This document shows positions 47,806 through 61,484 of a DNA stretch of 64,000 bases, one piece after another. Position 1 is the stretch's first letter, and each line of letters starts with the position of its first letter. Both the position numbers and the translations under genes were made by a program. Below the pieces are notes generated by a model. The model did not search any database and had not been told where the DNA came from. It was given only the letters and a program-made list of their open reading frames with translations. Origin of the DNA: Sarea resinae. Its lineage: Eukaryota. Where the stretch lies: contig JAPEUD010000012.1 of the NCBI GenBank assembly GCA_026026165.1, positions 186,001 through 250,000 on the forward strand. Reading direction: 5' to 3'.

Positions 47806-49485
47806 TCACGACGCCTCCTCAGTCCTCGCCCTCTTCGCACTTCCATTTCCATTTCTTTTCAGCTCATCATCTACGCCGTTCCCCTCCGGATCCCCGTCAT
47901 CCCCGACAGGCGACGACTTCTCAGCCGGTCGTTTCCGCCTCACCAGGCCCGTGAGGTCGTTTGCGGATTTACTGGCCTCGTCGAGGCGGGCTTGCTGTTG
48001 GGCGGGCGACTCGCCCAGGAGAGAGCCCAGGATGCCGGAGAGCGGGTTGGGGTCTGCAGATGGGGCGCCGGCGGGACCTTGTGAGGGGTTGGAGGAGAGG
48101 CCGAGGGGAAGCGGGAGGGTGGGTGCGAGGAGTTCGGTGAGCTATGCGAAGAGGGGTGTGTTAGTTGGTGAGGTGCTTTGTTTGGATTTGTGGTTTAGAA
48201 GGTGTGGTTCAAAGGGTGTGCAAAGGGTATGTTGCTTTGTGAGTACAGTAGGGGAAGAACGTACCCGCTGTTCCATCTCCGAGATCATTTCTTTAACATC
48301 ATCGATGCTCTGTCTGGTGACTTTCTTCTGGGCCTTGCCGCCTTCGGGCGTGCTATCCCCTCCTGCTCCGTCTCCCTCCGCCAAGATCGCCTCCTCCTTT
48401 TTCACCCGCAATCTGCAGCTCTCAATCGCGGCCTCCATCTCGCTGGCCGCCTGCTTCCTCATCCCCTCGTCAACCTGTGCGTCCGTAGTGCCGTCCTTCT
48501 GTTGCTGTCCCTCCTGGCTATCCTCGCCCTTGACCGTTGTCACGGACGCGAATTCGAGTGCAAGCGCGAGCTTAAAGTGCGCTTCGGCAATGAGGCTGGA
48601 CTCCTGCGGGAAGAGTTCCTGTTTCAGGGTGAGCGCTGCCTGCGAGTCGGTGATGGCGTCGGTGAAACGTTCGTTTTCGAGCGAGATCTCGGCCTGCAGG
48701 TCGTGAGTATCGGCGAGGCGTTCTTTGATGTGTTTTGTTTTGTCCGAGGCATGAGAGACGTCCGTGCTTATTGCTTTGCCCTTGCCTTTGCTGGGGTCTT
48801 GAGCTTCGGCCTCTTCGAGCTGGCGTATGAATAGCACGCGCGCTAGGTCGAGAATCTCGTAGGCAGTGGCGAAGTCATCGTCTTCCTCTTCTGCGTCGGC
48901 CTCTGCGCCGCGGTCCTCTCCGTCCGCATCTTCGCCTTCGTCAGCTGATTCGTCGGATGTGTCCCAGTTCTCGTCGCCTGTGAACTGGAAGTAAGGCTGG
49001 TTTGCAGGCTTCGGGGCGTCGCCCTTTGTGGAGTCCTTCGTGCCGCTCCTCTCCTCGACAACGTGCGTCACCGCCTCTTCTGCCACCTTTCCGTCTTCTG
49101 TCGATAGTCTCGCGCCTGCACCATCCGTGGCCGCCGTGGCGCTGCCCTCCCCATTAGCAGCCGTAGTAATCTTCCGCTTCCCTTTCTTCTGCTGTGATGT
49201 GCGCTCCGGCGCCTTTTCGCCCGCGACCTTGCCACCCAGGACATTGCTGTTGCTCACACCAACGTGGTACAGGCATCTTCCGTAGGAGTAGAGCAGGTCG
49301 GCGTTCTGGGGCGCCATCTCGCCGTTTATTTCCGCTTGGAGCTCGGTCGCTTCCGAGTAAAGCTCCGCGGCGGCGTTGTAGTTCTTGATTGCATATTGGA
49401 GTGTAGCCTGCGCTATTGTCTCGGCCAGCTGTGCCTTTGGCTCGCTGGAAGACGTCGCGGCATCTTTGGAGGCGGCTTCGGCCAT
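47806..49485 (-). CDS. NASP/Sim3/Hif1 family histone chaperone (SHNi-TPR); exons 49485-48265, 48141-47806
   Basis: Motifs YSEATELQAEINGEMAPQNADLLYSYGRCL, an acidic insert, DDFATAYEILDLARVLF, ADTHDLQAEISLENERF, IAEAHFKLALALEF and C-terminal NDLTGLVRRKR. Confidence 0.9.
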
Positions 49486-49747
49486 GGTGCTAAGTGTCGC
49501 TCGTCGCGCGCACCGGCTTGCTGGTTTGCGACGGGTGAAGTGTTGAGAGTAAAGGTTGAGGGTGTGATGATATATTGAGGTCAAAAGGTGTGCTTGAGTG
49601 GTGGAAGAAGGTTGGAAGTGAAGTATCACCGAAAGAGGGAGAGTTTGGGAGGTTGTGAGGCTTTGATGATGGAAGCAGGCGCACAGTGCAAGGAGGATGA
49701 TGCATACGGTTGGAAGCTGGATTTCCATATGCGTTCGCCAAATGGAA

Positions 49748-49778
49748 GCGCGTCCCGACCACTTTAGCCTCGACGCGT
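49748..49778. promoter_or_regulatory. MCB-type elements in the NASP/DPB2 divergent promoter
   Basis: GCGCGT at 49748-49753 and ACGCGT at 49773-49778, between two S-phase genes whose starts are 458 bp apart. Confidence 0.6.
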
Positions 49779-49943
49779 CTCCCAAGGCGCTGCGCAACTC
49801 AACTCACAAATCCCCCACACAATCCCCACACAGTTGTCTTTTTTTGATTTTTTGAATCATGTTACAGTCCACAAGGAAGTCTCAGTGATAAATTTCATAC
49901 TCATTGCACAGCCAGCGTCTCTGTTCACTCCTCTGAATCTAAT

Positions 49944-52533
49944 ATGAGCCGCCCAAACCAGCCGGCGGGCACCACCCGTACGGCCCCTCTCTTCCGGCCT
50001 CCTGCAACTCCGGCGCAAACCAAGGCCTCAGCACCCGCCGATCCCATTCCTTCCTCTTCACCAGCATTCGGCACTCCTGTTCATACGTTGCGACCCCATG
50101 GCGCTGCTGCTCGGCAACCCACCAAGTCTTCTGCCCTGCCAGTCCTGCCAATTCTCTTGCCCCCGCCCACCCTTCGCCCGCTGGCCTTCCGCACCTTTAC
50201 GAAGAAGCACAATCTGACTATCACGTCCTCGGCACTGCAGTCGCTTGCAACTTTCATCGGTCGACATTGTGGCGCGGCTTGGAGGGAAGAAGGCCTGGCG
50301 GAGAAGATCCTCGAAGAGGTTGCCAAGATCTGGAAGAAGAATGGCGGCGGGGTGATCGTCGACGGCGATGGCGAAGAGCTGAAAGGAATCCTAAGAAATC
50401 TCGAGGGGAGCATGAGCGGTGGGCGGATTATACAGAGCAGGTCATTGAGCAGGCAGAGCAGTTTCGCTTTTGGTGGAGATGCGGGTGCGGCCGCACGGTC
50501 AGAATCGCCCGATGTCAGGCCTGGGATTCCGGTCAGGGAGGACAGCCAATCTAGCTTGGGGTTTTCTGCGATGGGTATCGAGGATGATGCGGGAGAAGAT
50601 GAAAATAAAGATCCAAGGCATTGGCTCAAGATCATCGGAGCTTTTGAGCAGCCAAGGCATACGTATAATGTCGGAAAGAGGCATTTCGAGAGGTTCGCAT
50701 TTCAGAATAGTCCATGCTGCTTGGTTCTTCGTGACTGAAGTCTGTTCTAGGATCACTACTCCCGCCACCCTCTTCCCTCCGGCTTCACACAAGACACAGC
50801 TTTTCCGAAATCGCTACAATCTTATCCATCAACGCCTTCTCCGCAACGAGTCCTTCCAAACCCCATCCTTTGCGCCAACGCGAGCAGCCTTACATCGCTC
50901 CGCATCTGATCTTTCCGCCCTCCAATCCTACAAACTTACGCCGATCGCAAATCTGCTGGGGCGTAGTGGGACGGGCCATCTACTCCTTGGGCTGCTTACC
51001 ATAGCTCCGACAGGGACACTGGCTATCAGCGATCTCACGGGAAGCATATCGCTTGACCTGACGGATGCGAAACGAGTACCAGAAGATGGCGCGTGGTTCG
51101 CGCCTGGAATGATTGTCTTGGTGGACGGTATCTACGAGGAAGATTACAATTCAGCGGGAGGAGGCTTGGGTGGGGGTGGAGGGGTTGGAGGAACAATCGG
51201 CGGAAAGTTCATCGGATTCTCCGTAGGCGGGCCCCCCTGCGAGCGGAGAGAGTTCACGCTGGGTATCAATATCGCCAACATGGAGCGTGACATGTCGAGC
51301 GGTGGAGCCTTTGGCTGGGTCGACTTCCTAGGCGTGGGTAGTGAGCGTGCGATGGGCTCCAGGATGCGAGCCATTGAGCAGCGGGTGCTTGGCACCTCGG
51401 CGACACAGGAAGACTCGAATACAGGAAGAAGCCGCATAGTGATCATGGCCGAGATCAACCTCGACAATCCGCGCATCCTCGTTGCCCTGAAGAAGGTCTT
51501 GGGAACCTACGCTTCCGAACTGGCCGAGGACTCGCCCATGACTTTTGTTCTGATGGGCAATTTTGTCCAGCACGCCGTCATGGCTGGAGGCGGCAGCGGA
51601 GGCAGCGTCGAGTACAAAGAGTACTTTGACTCTCTTGCTTCTACCCTGGCTGATTATCCGTCTGTTCTCCAGAGGGCCACTTTCGTCTTCGTGCCCGGTG
51701 ACAACGACCCATGGGCATCGGCGTTCTCTGCGGGCGCTGCCACAGCCATTCCGAGGCAGGGCGTGCCGGAGCTGTTCACTTCGCGGGTCAAGCGGGCATT
51801 CGCAACCGCCAACACGGAGGCTGAGAACTCGATAGGCCAGAAGACGGATGGCTCCGCCGTGTGGACGACGAATCCCGCGCGTCTGAGTCTCTTCGGTCCG
51901 ACGCAGGAACTCGTGCTGTTTCGGGACGATATCTCCGGCCGACTACGGCGAAACGCCATACGATTCCGCGCATCGGAAGCCGGAGGTGAGGAGGTGGAAG
52001 AGGAAGAGGCCGCAGAGGGCGGCGATGTTCAAATGTCTTCCACTCCAGCCGCCACCACCACCACCACCGCCGCCGCTCCACTATCGGAAGAACAACCGCC
52101 CAACGAGGCGTCCAGCCACAGCGAGCCCATGGAGATCGACTCGGCCGTGCAAGCAGCGGAATCGCACACGGCGGCGGCGGCCCCCCCCAAGCCCAACGGC
52201 CCCAACCGTCCTCCCGGCCAGGTTCAGGTGTCCCCGGACCTGCACACGGCGCGCAAGCTGGTCAAGACGGTGCTCGACCAGGGCCACCTCTCGCCCTTTC
52301 CCCTGGCAACCCGCCCCGTGCTCTGGGACTACGCCGGCTCGCTGCAGCTGTACCCGCTCCCCACGGCCGTCGTGCTCGCCGATCAGGAGGCCCCGTCCTT
52401 TGCCGTCACGTACGAGGGCTGCCATGTCATGAACCCCGGCAAGCTCGTGCCGGACGGCAAGCGCGCCGTCGCGAGGTGGATCGAGTATGATGCCCGCACG
52501 CGCCGAGGCCGGGTTCGGGAGGCGCTGTTTTGA
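49944..52533 (+). CDS. DPB2: DNA polymerase epsilon subunit B; exons 49944-50692, 50751-52533
   Basis: Motifs LPPPTLRPLAFRTFTKKH, FRNRYNLIHQRLLRNESF, DLTGSISLD, FVLMGNF, FVFVPGDNDPW, WTTNPARL, KTVLDQGHLSPFP and LQLYPLP. Confidence 0.94.
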
Positions 52534-54330
52534 AAGGGGGAGTTGCGGGGCTGATCTGTCGGACTTTTTCCTTTCTTCTCCTTTGTTCTTTCGTTTCTAA
52601 TTTTTCTTGGGGGGGGCCATGGATGCTTTCATTTCTCATGTCTGCGTTTCTTTCTCATGTCGGGTGGGGTAGTCAATCACAAAGCTTCTACATTGGCGTT
52701 TAGCGGCCGCTGTTCTGTGCGTCCGTCTATCCGGGTGCTCTCCGTCTGCGTTGCTCTGGGCATTTCTTCCCCCCTTCTTCTTTCTACGCATCAGCATGGC
52801 GAGTCTTGTTTTTTTGTTTTTTTGCATCTGCATTTCTGTTCTCGTGGTACTATTAGGATAAGGGGGTTGGTTGACGACCGAATCATATTGATCGATCAGA
52901 AATGGATACCGATACAAATCCACCTGTCCCCCTCCCCCCCTGCCGGGAGACTTCCAGAGCAAAAGTTGACCCAATAGAGTACTCTGTATACATCGTAGTA
53001 CGCGTAACATCCTTTCGAGATCAAGCAGCTCTTTCGAAAGAAACAAAGATCTACTCGGAGTTTTGCAGACGTGCTGATTCATGCATGTGTTCTCATCAGC
53101 GCTATATCCATGAGTCTCCCTCTGTCTGGCACAAACCCACATTGCACAAATGGTGCCATGGTAACTAGCTGGTTCCTCGTCAACGGCGTCTGTCAACAGC
53201 GACGATAACAATCGCAAACAACGACACGAACAATCCCGGAGAAGTACGAGTACTCCGTAGAGTAGTACCATAGTAGGGCTCTAGAGCTGAAGAATCAATA
53301 TTGCTAGCTCGAGCAAATCAATCCACGGATCGCGTTAGTCGAGTCGAGAATAGAAGTACTAGTACGCTCTGGGGGAGGGGGGTGATGGCAGGCATCGTGC
53401 GAGAGTTGCGAGCGAGCAGTGAGTGTGAGTGCCTATTCTGCTAGTGGACTTGCAGGGCTGGCTGCTTGCTTGCTTGCTTGCTTGCTCGCCCGGGGACCCT
53501 CGATGGATGAAAAGAACAGGTATATAGATAGTAGCTTCGTACCTATCTAGAGAAGGTCAGGTAGGGTATTCGGTACCTGAGGTAGACAGACGCTCATCCT
53601 GCGCAAATCGCTCTGCTATTATACCTACTCTACATAGTACCTCGGTCGGGGATGCTGTGCTGTGCTTGCAGGTTGCGTGGCCCATCTCTCTCTCTCACGC
53701 GGGGTCGTATCCATAAGTCTGATCACAGTAGAGTAGAGTAGAGTACGTCCACCTGGATCCCTCGAGAGGACCGATCCCAGATTTCGATCACGACGGCTGG
53801 TGGTTCTCGACCTTTGATGACCGTAAAAAGACGCGCCGAGAGAGAGAAAAGCTGGGGCGCTGGAGGCCGCGCTGGAACGGTGGAGCGTTTCAAGCGTCGA
53901 GGTGATCAGGGTTACATCGTAGTAGTATGGAAGCTTGTACAGTGGACCAGTGGACCAGTGGACCGCTGGACCACCTACATAGTAGGGAGGGATGGAGTAA
54001 TGGATCGATGATGGGGGGGCCATACAGCGGAGGCGAGGCGAGGTACCGAGTTATAGTCGTTCTTGGGACGCTTTACGAAGGACCTCGAGGGGTCGGGTAC
54101 TGGTACTTGGTAAGACCTGGGATGGAGGTCGGATCGGATTTCGGTTCGCCTTTATTGTTTCTATCTTGGGTCTCGGTCAGGTCCTGCGAGGGACAGATGG
54201 ACCTACTCTGTCCTGGGAGTATGGTAGAGTAGTGGAGAGTACTCTATCGTTGCCTGTCCTCGTACGGGGTGGAGCAGATGCCGTGAGAGATACTCTCGAG
54301 ACCCTTTAATGCCCTTCAACGATAGGTCGT

Positions 54331-54364
54331 GTTCCTGGTGTTCCTGGTGTTCCTGGTGTTCCTG
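54331..54364. repeat. 9-bp tandem repeat (GTTCCTGGT x3.8); nearby (GTGGACCA)n at ~53942-53972 and (GCTT)n at ~53463-53486
   Basis: Directly visible in the DPB2/FLC intergenic region. Confidence 0.75.
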
Positions 54365-55363
54365 ACTAGAGTCGCGGGACTAATGTGGATGTGGTAACGA
54401 CAAGCCGCCTCCCTTCCCCCCCCGCTGGCCCCTGTCCGTGCTAACTCCTTGACCGTTGCCGTCTCGCCAGCCCGTCGTGGTCGTTGATGGACGTTGTCTG
54501 CCCCTGTGGCGGCCCTAGTGGCCTCGAGCGGGCTCTCGTCTCTGCTCGTGCGTCTCGTCCACGGCCTGGGTATGGAGTACACCATCTCTCGCTGATCGCT
54601 GCGCCAGTCAATGAAGTATCCAATCTGCTGATCCCACTGCCCTTCCCCTGCCTTGCCTTCCTTCGACGTCTTCACTTCCGTCCCTGGTCGTAGCTCGAAT
54701 GGCTCGAATGGGTCTACCTCGTACTTCCGCGGCATGGGCCGGCATGGCGCCAGCGTCTCCCGCCGTCTGACTGGCCCAGACAACCGACCAGACAGGCAGA
54801 CGATAGGCACAGACACAGACACAAGCCTGCCCCAATCTCCTGTTCCACTCGGGCTGCCTGTGTGCTGGTCTCTGGTCGGGTCTGGTCTGGTCTGGTCCGT
54901 CTGGTCGGTCTGTTCCTGAGCCTACGATGGTACCCTCCTCTTGTCCTGTTCCACTCTCACTACCGACTCACGAACGAACTACTCACCAATTCACACACCA
55001 CCAACCTCTCCTTCACGCTCTCTGCTCCGTCGATTGCTTTGACTATTCACATTCTTTAGGCGCTTCTGCAGCGTTCGTGTCTTGTTCAATCTTTCATCTC
55101 TATCCATCGGGGCTCATTCATTTGACGCTCGCGCTTTGCTTTCCATCTCCTTTTTCCGGCCCATGTATTGAATTGAATCCCTCTCGCAACGAATCTCTCA
55201 TCTTCGACGGGGAGTTCATATCCAACCCATCAAAAACGACGACATCGCATCTAGGCTCGTGACCACGCTTTTCTAGAGGCTGAAAGATCTACGAGGGGAG
55301 GCTGCTGGTCGTGGGGAACCATTTCATCCAAGAGGTCGTGGTCGACCGCCTCGCCTCTGCATC

Positions 55364-57791
55364 ATGAATCTCTCACGGTCTTTTCGATCCGCCATCCTCT
55401 CCCTCCTCCTTCTCGGGGCTCTGCCGGCCAGAGTCTTGGGGTCCGACGTCCTCGAAACCGGCGGCTTCTCAAGCTGTGCTGCAAACACCGACATTACGTT
55501 GAACAATATCAACGTCCAATTTGACCGATCGAGCAAAACGGTCACGTTCGATGTGTCGGGGACGAGTGCGAAATCACAGAACGTGACGGCCTCGTTGGTC
55601 GCCACCGCCTATGGCCGCCAAGTCTATTCCAAAAGCTTCGATCCATGTGATTCGGGTTCCTACGTCGAGCGACTCTGTCCTGGTAAGCATCTTGAGAAGG
55701 TCCCATTTCGACCAGCAGGCTGACTGCCGCCAATGATAGTACCCCAGGGAGAGTTCTCCGCCCAAGGAAGCACCGCAATTCCTGCGCAATACGCCTCGAT
55801 GATCCCTGCCATTGCGTACCAGGTTCCCGATCTCGATGGTGAAGCAACATTGCAACTCAAGTCTGTCGACAGTGGCGAAGATCTCGCGTGCATCCAATCC
55901 ACCATCACCAATGGTAAAACTGCCAGCGTTAAGGGAGTCAAATATGCCGCCGTCGGTGTCGCTGGAGCCGCGCTGGTCCTTGGTGGGGCGACCTCTCTCG
56001 CAGGACTGGGAACCGGTGCAGGAGCTACGGGTCCAAGCCCGGGATTTGGGGACGTCGTGATGTGGTTTCAGGGCGTGGCCATGAACGGCATGCTTTCTGT
56101 CAACTATCCCACGGTCTATCGAAGCTTCACCCAAAACTTTGCTTTCGCTGGCGGCCTGATCTCATGGAATCATATGCAGTCCACCATCGACTCATTCAGG
56201 AATCGGACTGGTGGAAACCTGACCGATGATAGTGTCGAATACCTGAAAAAGGCGACTCTGACGTACTCGAGCGATACCAATTCGTCGTCGTCGTCTAATC
56301 ACACGAAGCGCGCTATCGATTTTCTCTTCGAGGGTGTCAACCTGGTGGTTCGTGACGTTTCAACAGATGTCAATGGCACTCAATCAACCACGAGCACCAG
56401 TGGCCTTGGCGACGGAAGCAGCGCTGGCAACAGCAGCAGCAACAACAGCTCCGCCAGTAACGGCACCGCCAGTAGCACACACGGTGGTGAGGCCCAGAAG
56501 GTCATGCACGTCGTCCATGGTATCCAAGGCTACGTCGAGCAACTCACGATCCCTCAAGCCAACACCTTCATGACCGTGCTCCTGATCTTCGCAATTGTCA
56601 TCGCTGCAATCACAGTTGGCATTCTGCTTCTCAAGGTCGCTCTAGAGACGTGGGCGCTTTTCGGAACCTTTCCTAAGAGACTCACCAGCTTCCGCAAGCG
56701 GTACTGGTTGCTTCTGGCGAAGACCATCACTAATCTCATCCTGCTTTTGTATGGTGTCTGGACATTGTATTGCGTCTACCAATTCACGCACGGTGACTCG
56801 TGGGCCGCCAAAACACTTGCCGGAGTCACCTTCGGCGCTTTCACCGCTGTCTTGCTGTTCTTTACCGTTCGCATCTGGCTTATCGTTCGCAAGCACAAGA
56901 AGATGGAGGGTGATGCTTCAGCTCTGTTCGAGGACAAGGACACATGGCAGAAGTACAGTCTCTTCTACGATAACTACAAGAAGGGCGTCTGGTGGCTCTT
57001 TATTCCAGCGATCATCTACATGTTCGCCAAAGGTTGCGTTCTCGCCGCCGGAGATGGCCATGGATTGTCGCAGACTGTTGCCCAGCTCATCGTGGAATCG
57101 CTGATGTTGACCTTGCTGCTGTGGCAGCGTCCGTATGTCACCAAGGCCGGCAACTGGATCAACATCGTCATTCAGGTCACGAGGGTGTTGTCTGTCATCT
57201 GCATCCTCGTCTTTGTCGAGGAGTTGGGCATCTCGCAGACAACGAAGACGGTCACGGGCGTCGTCTTGATTGCCGTTCAATCTGCCTTGTCAGGAGTGCT
57301 GGCGATCTTGATTGCCGTGAACGCGATCATCGTCTGCATCAGAGAAAACCCGCATCGTAAGGCTAGAAAGGAAAACGGTAAGAGAGTCTTGAAGGCGATT
57401 TACTGGAAGCATCTGGAAGCTAATATATCTCCGTCTAGAAAAACGCCAACGTGATCTCGATGACCTCACGCCGCTCGATGCTCGCAATTCACTGCTCATG
57501 GATCCGGGTGACTACAAAGGACTAGACTCGAAACAACCACTCGTGTCGGTCGATAACGTCGGCATCGCAAAAGGAGGCTACGACGCAGTTCCCCCTTACC
57601 GAGATTACACGCCCGCAGGCCGGCGGTTCGGACCCCGCGAGTCGTCGGAGAATTTAGTCGACTCGGCCGCCGTCATGGGCCATGGACACGAGAGAAGCAT
57701 AAGTCGTGGTAGCGGTTCTCGCAGTCCTTCGCCTGAGCATATGGCACCGACCGTGCCGGATGTGGGTGCATATCGAGGCGTTGCGTATTGA
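55364..57791 (+). CDS. TRP-like/FLC family (flavin carrier, Pkd2/spray) membrane channel; exons 55364-55682, 55740-57377, 57439-57791
   Basis: Signal peptide, an ML-like domain (VTFDVSG...AYGR.VY...FDPC...LCP; IP.IAY.VPDLDG; ACIQS.I.NGKT), FQG.AMNGMLSVNYP.VYRSFTQNF, and multiple TM helices with YSLFYDNYK and RPY..KAGN. Confidence 0.88.
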
Positions 57792-58439
57792 ACAGGCCGA
57801 AAGATATCTGCGTCGGCGAGCGACGAACGAACAATCAATCAACCAAAGGTATCGGACGCGCTTTTCCCGATTTCGTGAAGCGAATGGGGGGCGCTCTGGG
57901 GTTTTCTCTCTCTCTCTCTCTCTCCTTGTTTCGCAGGCGCATGCATGCATCCAACGTCCACGCAGCCGTCTGCCATAGCGCTCATCGGGCTTCCGACCTT
58001 GACGCATCATTCCTTATTCCCCTTCCCATCTAGCGACAGTACTTCTCTCTCTTCCTCTGCCTTTTCGTTCTCTACCATACTCGGGGTCTTTTTCATACCC
58101 CATATACCAATCTTTTAACTCTGACGGGTCCGAAAATCTTCTTATTTTACGTGTTTGGATGGACAAGGTCGTAATTTGCCAAGAAATGGTGGTAGATATG
58201 TGTTTTCCTCTTCTTGAACGTTTCGAAATGCGTCGGTAGTAGTTAGTAGCTTGCTAGTTTAGTAGCACGGTGTGTGAGACATGAATCAAATCCATTGATC
58301 ACTCCTGGATCCTTAATATTTTGAGCATTGTTGTTGTTACTTGTGTGAAATGATGGATGCTGCGATTACTGATTACCTAATACGGCCGGACACGAAAGGA
58401 AGCCGAATCGAGGACTCAAGTGAGTTCGCTTTGTAATCG

Positions 58440-58449
58440 GTCACGTGAC
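58440..58449. promoter_or_regulatory. Palindromic E-box GTCACGTGAC (bHLH, Cbf1-like) upstream of the MPE1 leader; similar ATCACGTGAT at 61998-62007 upstream of antizyme
   Basis: Perfect 10-bp palindromes upstream of CT-rich putative TSS regions. Confidence 0.45.
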
Positions 58450-59343
58450 TGGCCGCGCCCGGAAGCGGTTTTCTCTCCTCTTTCTTACGTCTGTGATCGC
58501 CTCCCTCTCATTCTTCTACATCTACATACCAACTCTCACGACCAGTGGCCACCGACCATATCGTCAGCCTCATCGTTGCCAGGCTCATCGATATTCTGCT
58601 TGTCGCATCCAACATACTCTGGATGCTTCTACGCCTTCACTTACTCCGAATAACCATCCGACAGTGACCTTTCGCCTGTGATCCGTTTCGCTATTCTGTT
58701 CATTCGCCTTTGATTCGCAGTTTTCCGACACGTCATCGCCGCCCAAGCCTTGTTCACTTCCGTTGTTTCAGCTACAAAGTGGATATCGTGGGATTATCGG
58801 GCCATTGTACACTTCGAGACCAGGCACATACGGGGTTCTCTAAGGTTCTGTGGGCTCAGTCATTTCGCGTCTGAAGTGAAAGGTCTGGAGGTTTTTGACC
58901 AGCCACCTGATTGTTCGGCAGCCTCAGGCAGTCACATATTCTTCTCGTGTATTCAAAGTTCTATCGTGTCTTCTGTGTTTTGCTAGACCCAGCTTCGTGT
59001 GGTGCTTTTTCAGATCTTAAAAAATCATTCGCATTAATAAGAAACGTAAGAGCGGTGCCAGGACGCACGCTCTCGTTCACACTCTTACCAGAAGTTTCCA
59101 ACTGAGTCGCAAAATATAATACTGTCTATTGGAAGGTTTCTAAAGGGAAATCGCTATACTGTCTCCAGTATTCTCGATCGCTTCTGATCTGCCGCGTCCT
59201 TGTTGACTGCAGGTGGCTTTGATCGCATAAAGACCGAGTTTCTGAATAGTCAATTTCTGCCCGTTCCAACCTTGATCAACTAGCTTTGGTCATCGAGTCA
59301 ACGAGCCACCTTCTATAAGGGTCCTTGGTTGACGTGCAAAAGT

Positions 59344-61484
59344 ATGTCGTCCTCTGTGTTCTTTAAATTCAAATCCCAAAAGGAGCCGTCGCGCGTCACA
59401 TTTGATGGAACCGGCATATCCGTGTTTGAATTGAAACGGGAAATCATCACCATCAATCGTCTTGGCGATGGCACCGACTTCGATCTTGCCATATACAACG
59501 AAGACACCAATGAAGGTAGGCTCATTTGTTCCACAGAGATGTCCCGAGACAAATGCTAATGCACGAAACAGAGTACGATGACGATACATCTATCATCCCT
59601 CGGTCTACGTCAATCATCGCACGTCGACTTCCCGCCGCAAAAGCTGGACGCGGAGGCGCAGCTCGCTATGTGTCTGGAAAGATGCCTGTCAATGCCCGCA
59701 ATGCCAGCCGAATAGAGGCACCTGCATCAAAGCTTGCAGTCCAGGCAACGTCGCAAAAACCTATGAATGGATTGTCGGAGATGAATGGCGCACAAACGGA
59801 AGAGGAAAGAATTGCCGCCATGTTTAAAGCCGGGGCGGATCAGTGGGAGCAGCAGCAGCAAGAAATGGCAAAGTATGTATTTCTATATCAATGTTTCTCG
59901 GTGTGTAGTAGCACCTCCGCTGTAGTCGAGCCTAGAGACAAACAATTGCTAGTGTTGCCTTTGAAAGAGATTGACTGACATAATTCGAAAATAGTGCAAC
60001 GCCTATACATCGCAGCGGCCCCTTCAAAGGGAAGCCCTTGAATGTGCCGGACCACAAACCACCGCCTGGGTATATCTGCTACAGGTGTGGCGACAAAGGT
60101 ATTATTATATCTTGTTCCCATGTGATATACATTTAGCTAACGAGCCATAGGTCATTGGATCCAAGCTTGTCCGACGAATAATGACCCCAACTTCGATGGT
60201 CGGCCACGTGTCAAACGAACAACTGGAATCCCTCGTTCATTTCTCAAGACTATCGAGAAGCCTGCTGCCCTGTCCAGCGACGGTACCGGTGATGACTCTC
60301 GTCAGCCGTCAGGTGTGATGGTTAATGCTGAAGGCGAGTTTGTTGTGGCGGAGCCTGACAAGGCATCTTGGGAACAGTATCAGGCAAAGGCAAAGGTTTC
60401 GGCAGCCGCTCAGGAGGCGGCCGCTACAGGAAATAAAGAATTGCAGGACCGTGGATTAGAATGTCCCATTGATAAACGATTGTTTGTTGAGCCTACGAAG
60501 ACACCTTGTTGCGGGAAGACGTACTGCTCTGAGTGTATCAACAATGCTCTTATCGAGAGTGATTTCGTATGTCCTGGATGCTCCACAGAGGGTGTCCTTA
60601 TGGATAATCTGGAACCTGATAATGATATGGCGAAGAAAGTTCAAGACTATGAACAGGAAAAGGTCGAGCAGAAGAAGATGAAGGAAGCTTCAAAGAGCCC
60701 CCCGCAGAAGAAGGAGAGCCATCTCACAGAGAAGGCAAAATCACCGTCTCCCGCAGTCAGTACGAGTAGAGCTTCCACCTCCACCCCAAAGCCCGTGGCC
60801 AACGGCAATTCTAAGAAGCGTCCCGCCGAGGAAGAGCTGAAGAATGAGCACGTCCCCAAAGGTCCTGCTGCGACCCGAAACCAAGAGGTCCAACAACCAA
60901 AAGAGAGCCCGCTTCCAGTCATGGGAAATTTCGATCAGAATCAAAACCCATTCAATCAGCTGAATGGGTTTCCTCCGCCAATGCCTTTCAATCAACAACA
61001 GCAATTTGGGAATCAGGGTTTTTTCCCTTCTCAACATATACCCCAGGGCGGCTATCCAAACAACAATGGGTATATGGGTATGCCTTCGACCATGGGACCG
61101 ATGATGGGAATGAACCCGGGTATGATGAATCCGATGATGCAGTCTGGAGGTTATACGGGCAATAACGGAGGCGGGTGGAACCAGATGGGGAACATGACAG
61201 GGATGGGCTACGCAGCACCGCAACAAAACGGCATGTACGGAGGATATAACAATATGCTCCCCAGTGGCGGGTATGGCCAAGGCAGCATGCAGATGCCCAT
61301 GGGCAACATGATGATGATGCCAAATGGAATGGGTACGGGTGGTTTCCCGAATCAGCAACGCACCGTGTTCAGCGAGCCATTTCCCAACGAGGAGGACGAT
61401 GCCTACTTTCGTAAGCCCGTAAATCCTCATCGCCATCAAGCTCGCCAGAGACGAGTGCGTCCCAGCGACTATCGAGAGCTCTAA
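59344..61484 (+). CDS. MPE1: Mpe1/RBBP6 cleavage and polyadenylation factor (DWNN, zinc knuckle, RING-like); exons 59344-59515, 59572-59872, 59995-60098, 60151-61484
   Basis: MSSSVFFKFKSQKEP.RV.FDGTGISVFELKREI (DWNN), CYRCGDKGHWIQACP, RVKRTTGIPRSFL and CPID....P.KTPCC..TYC.ECI...L...DF.CP.C. Confidence 0.94.

Noticed and set aside
52636..55262. Many 60-211-aa ORFs between DPB2 and the FLC gene
   Set aside because: Low-complexity, repeat-derived translations with no domains or convincing splice structure.
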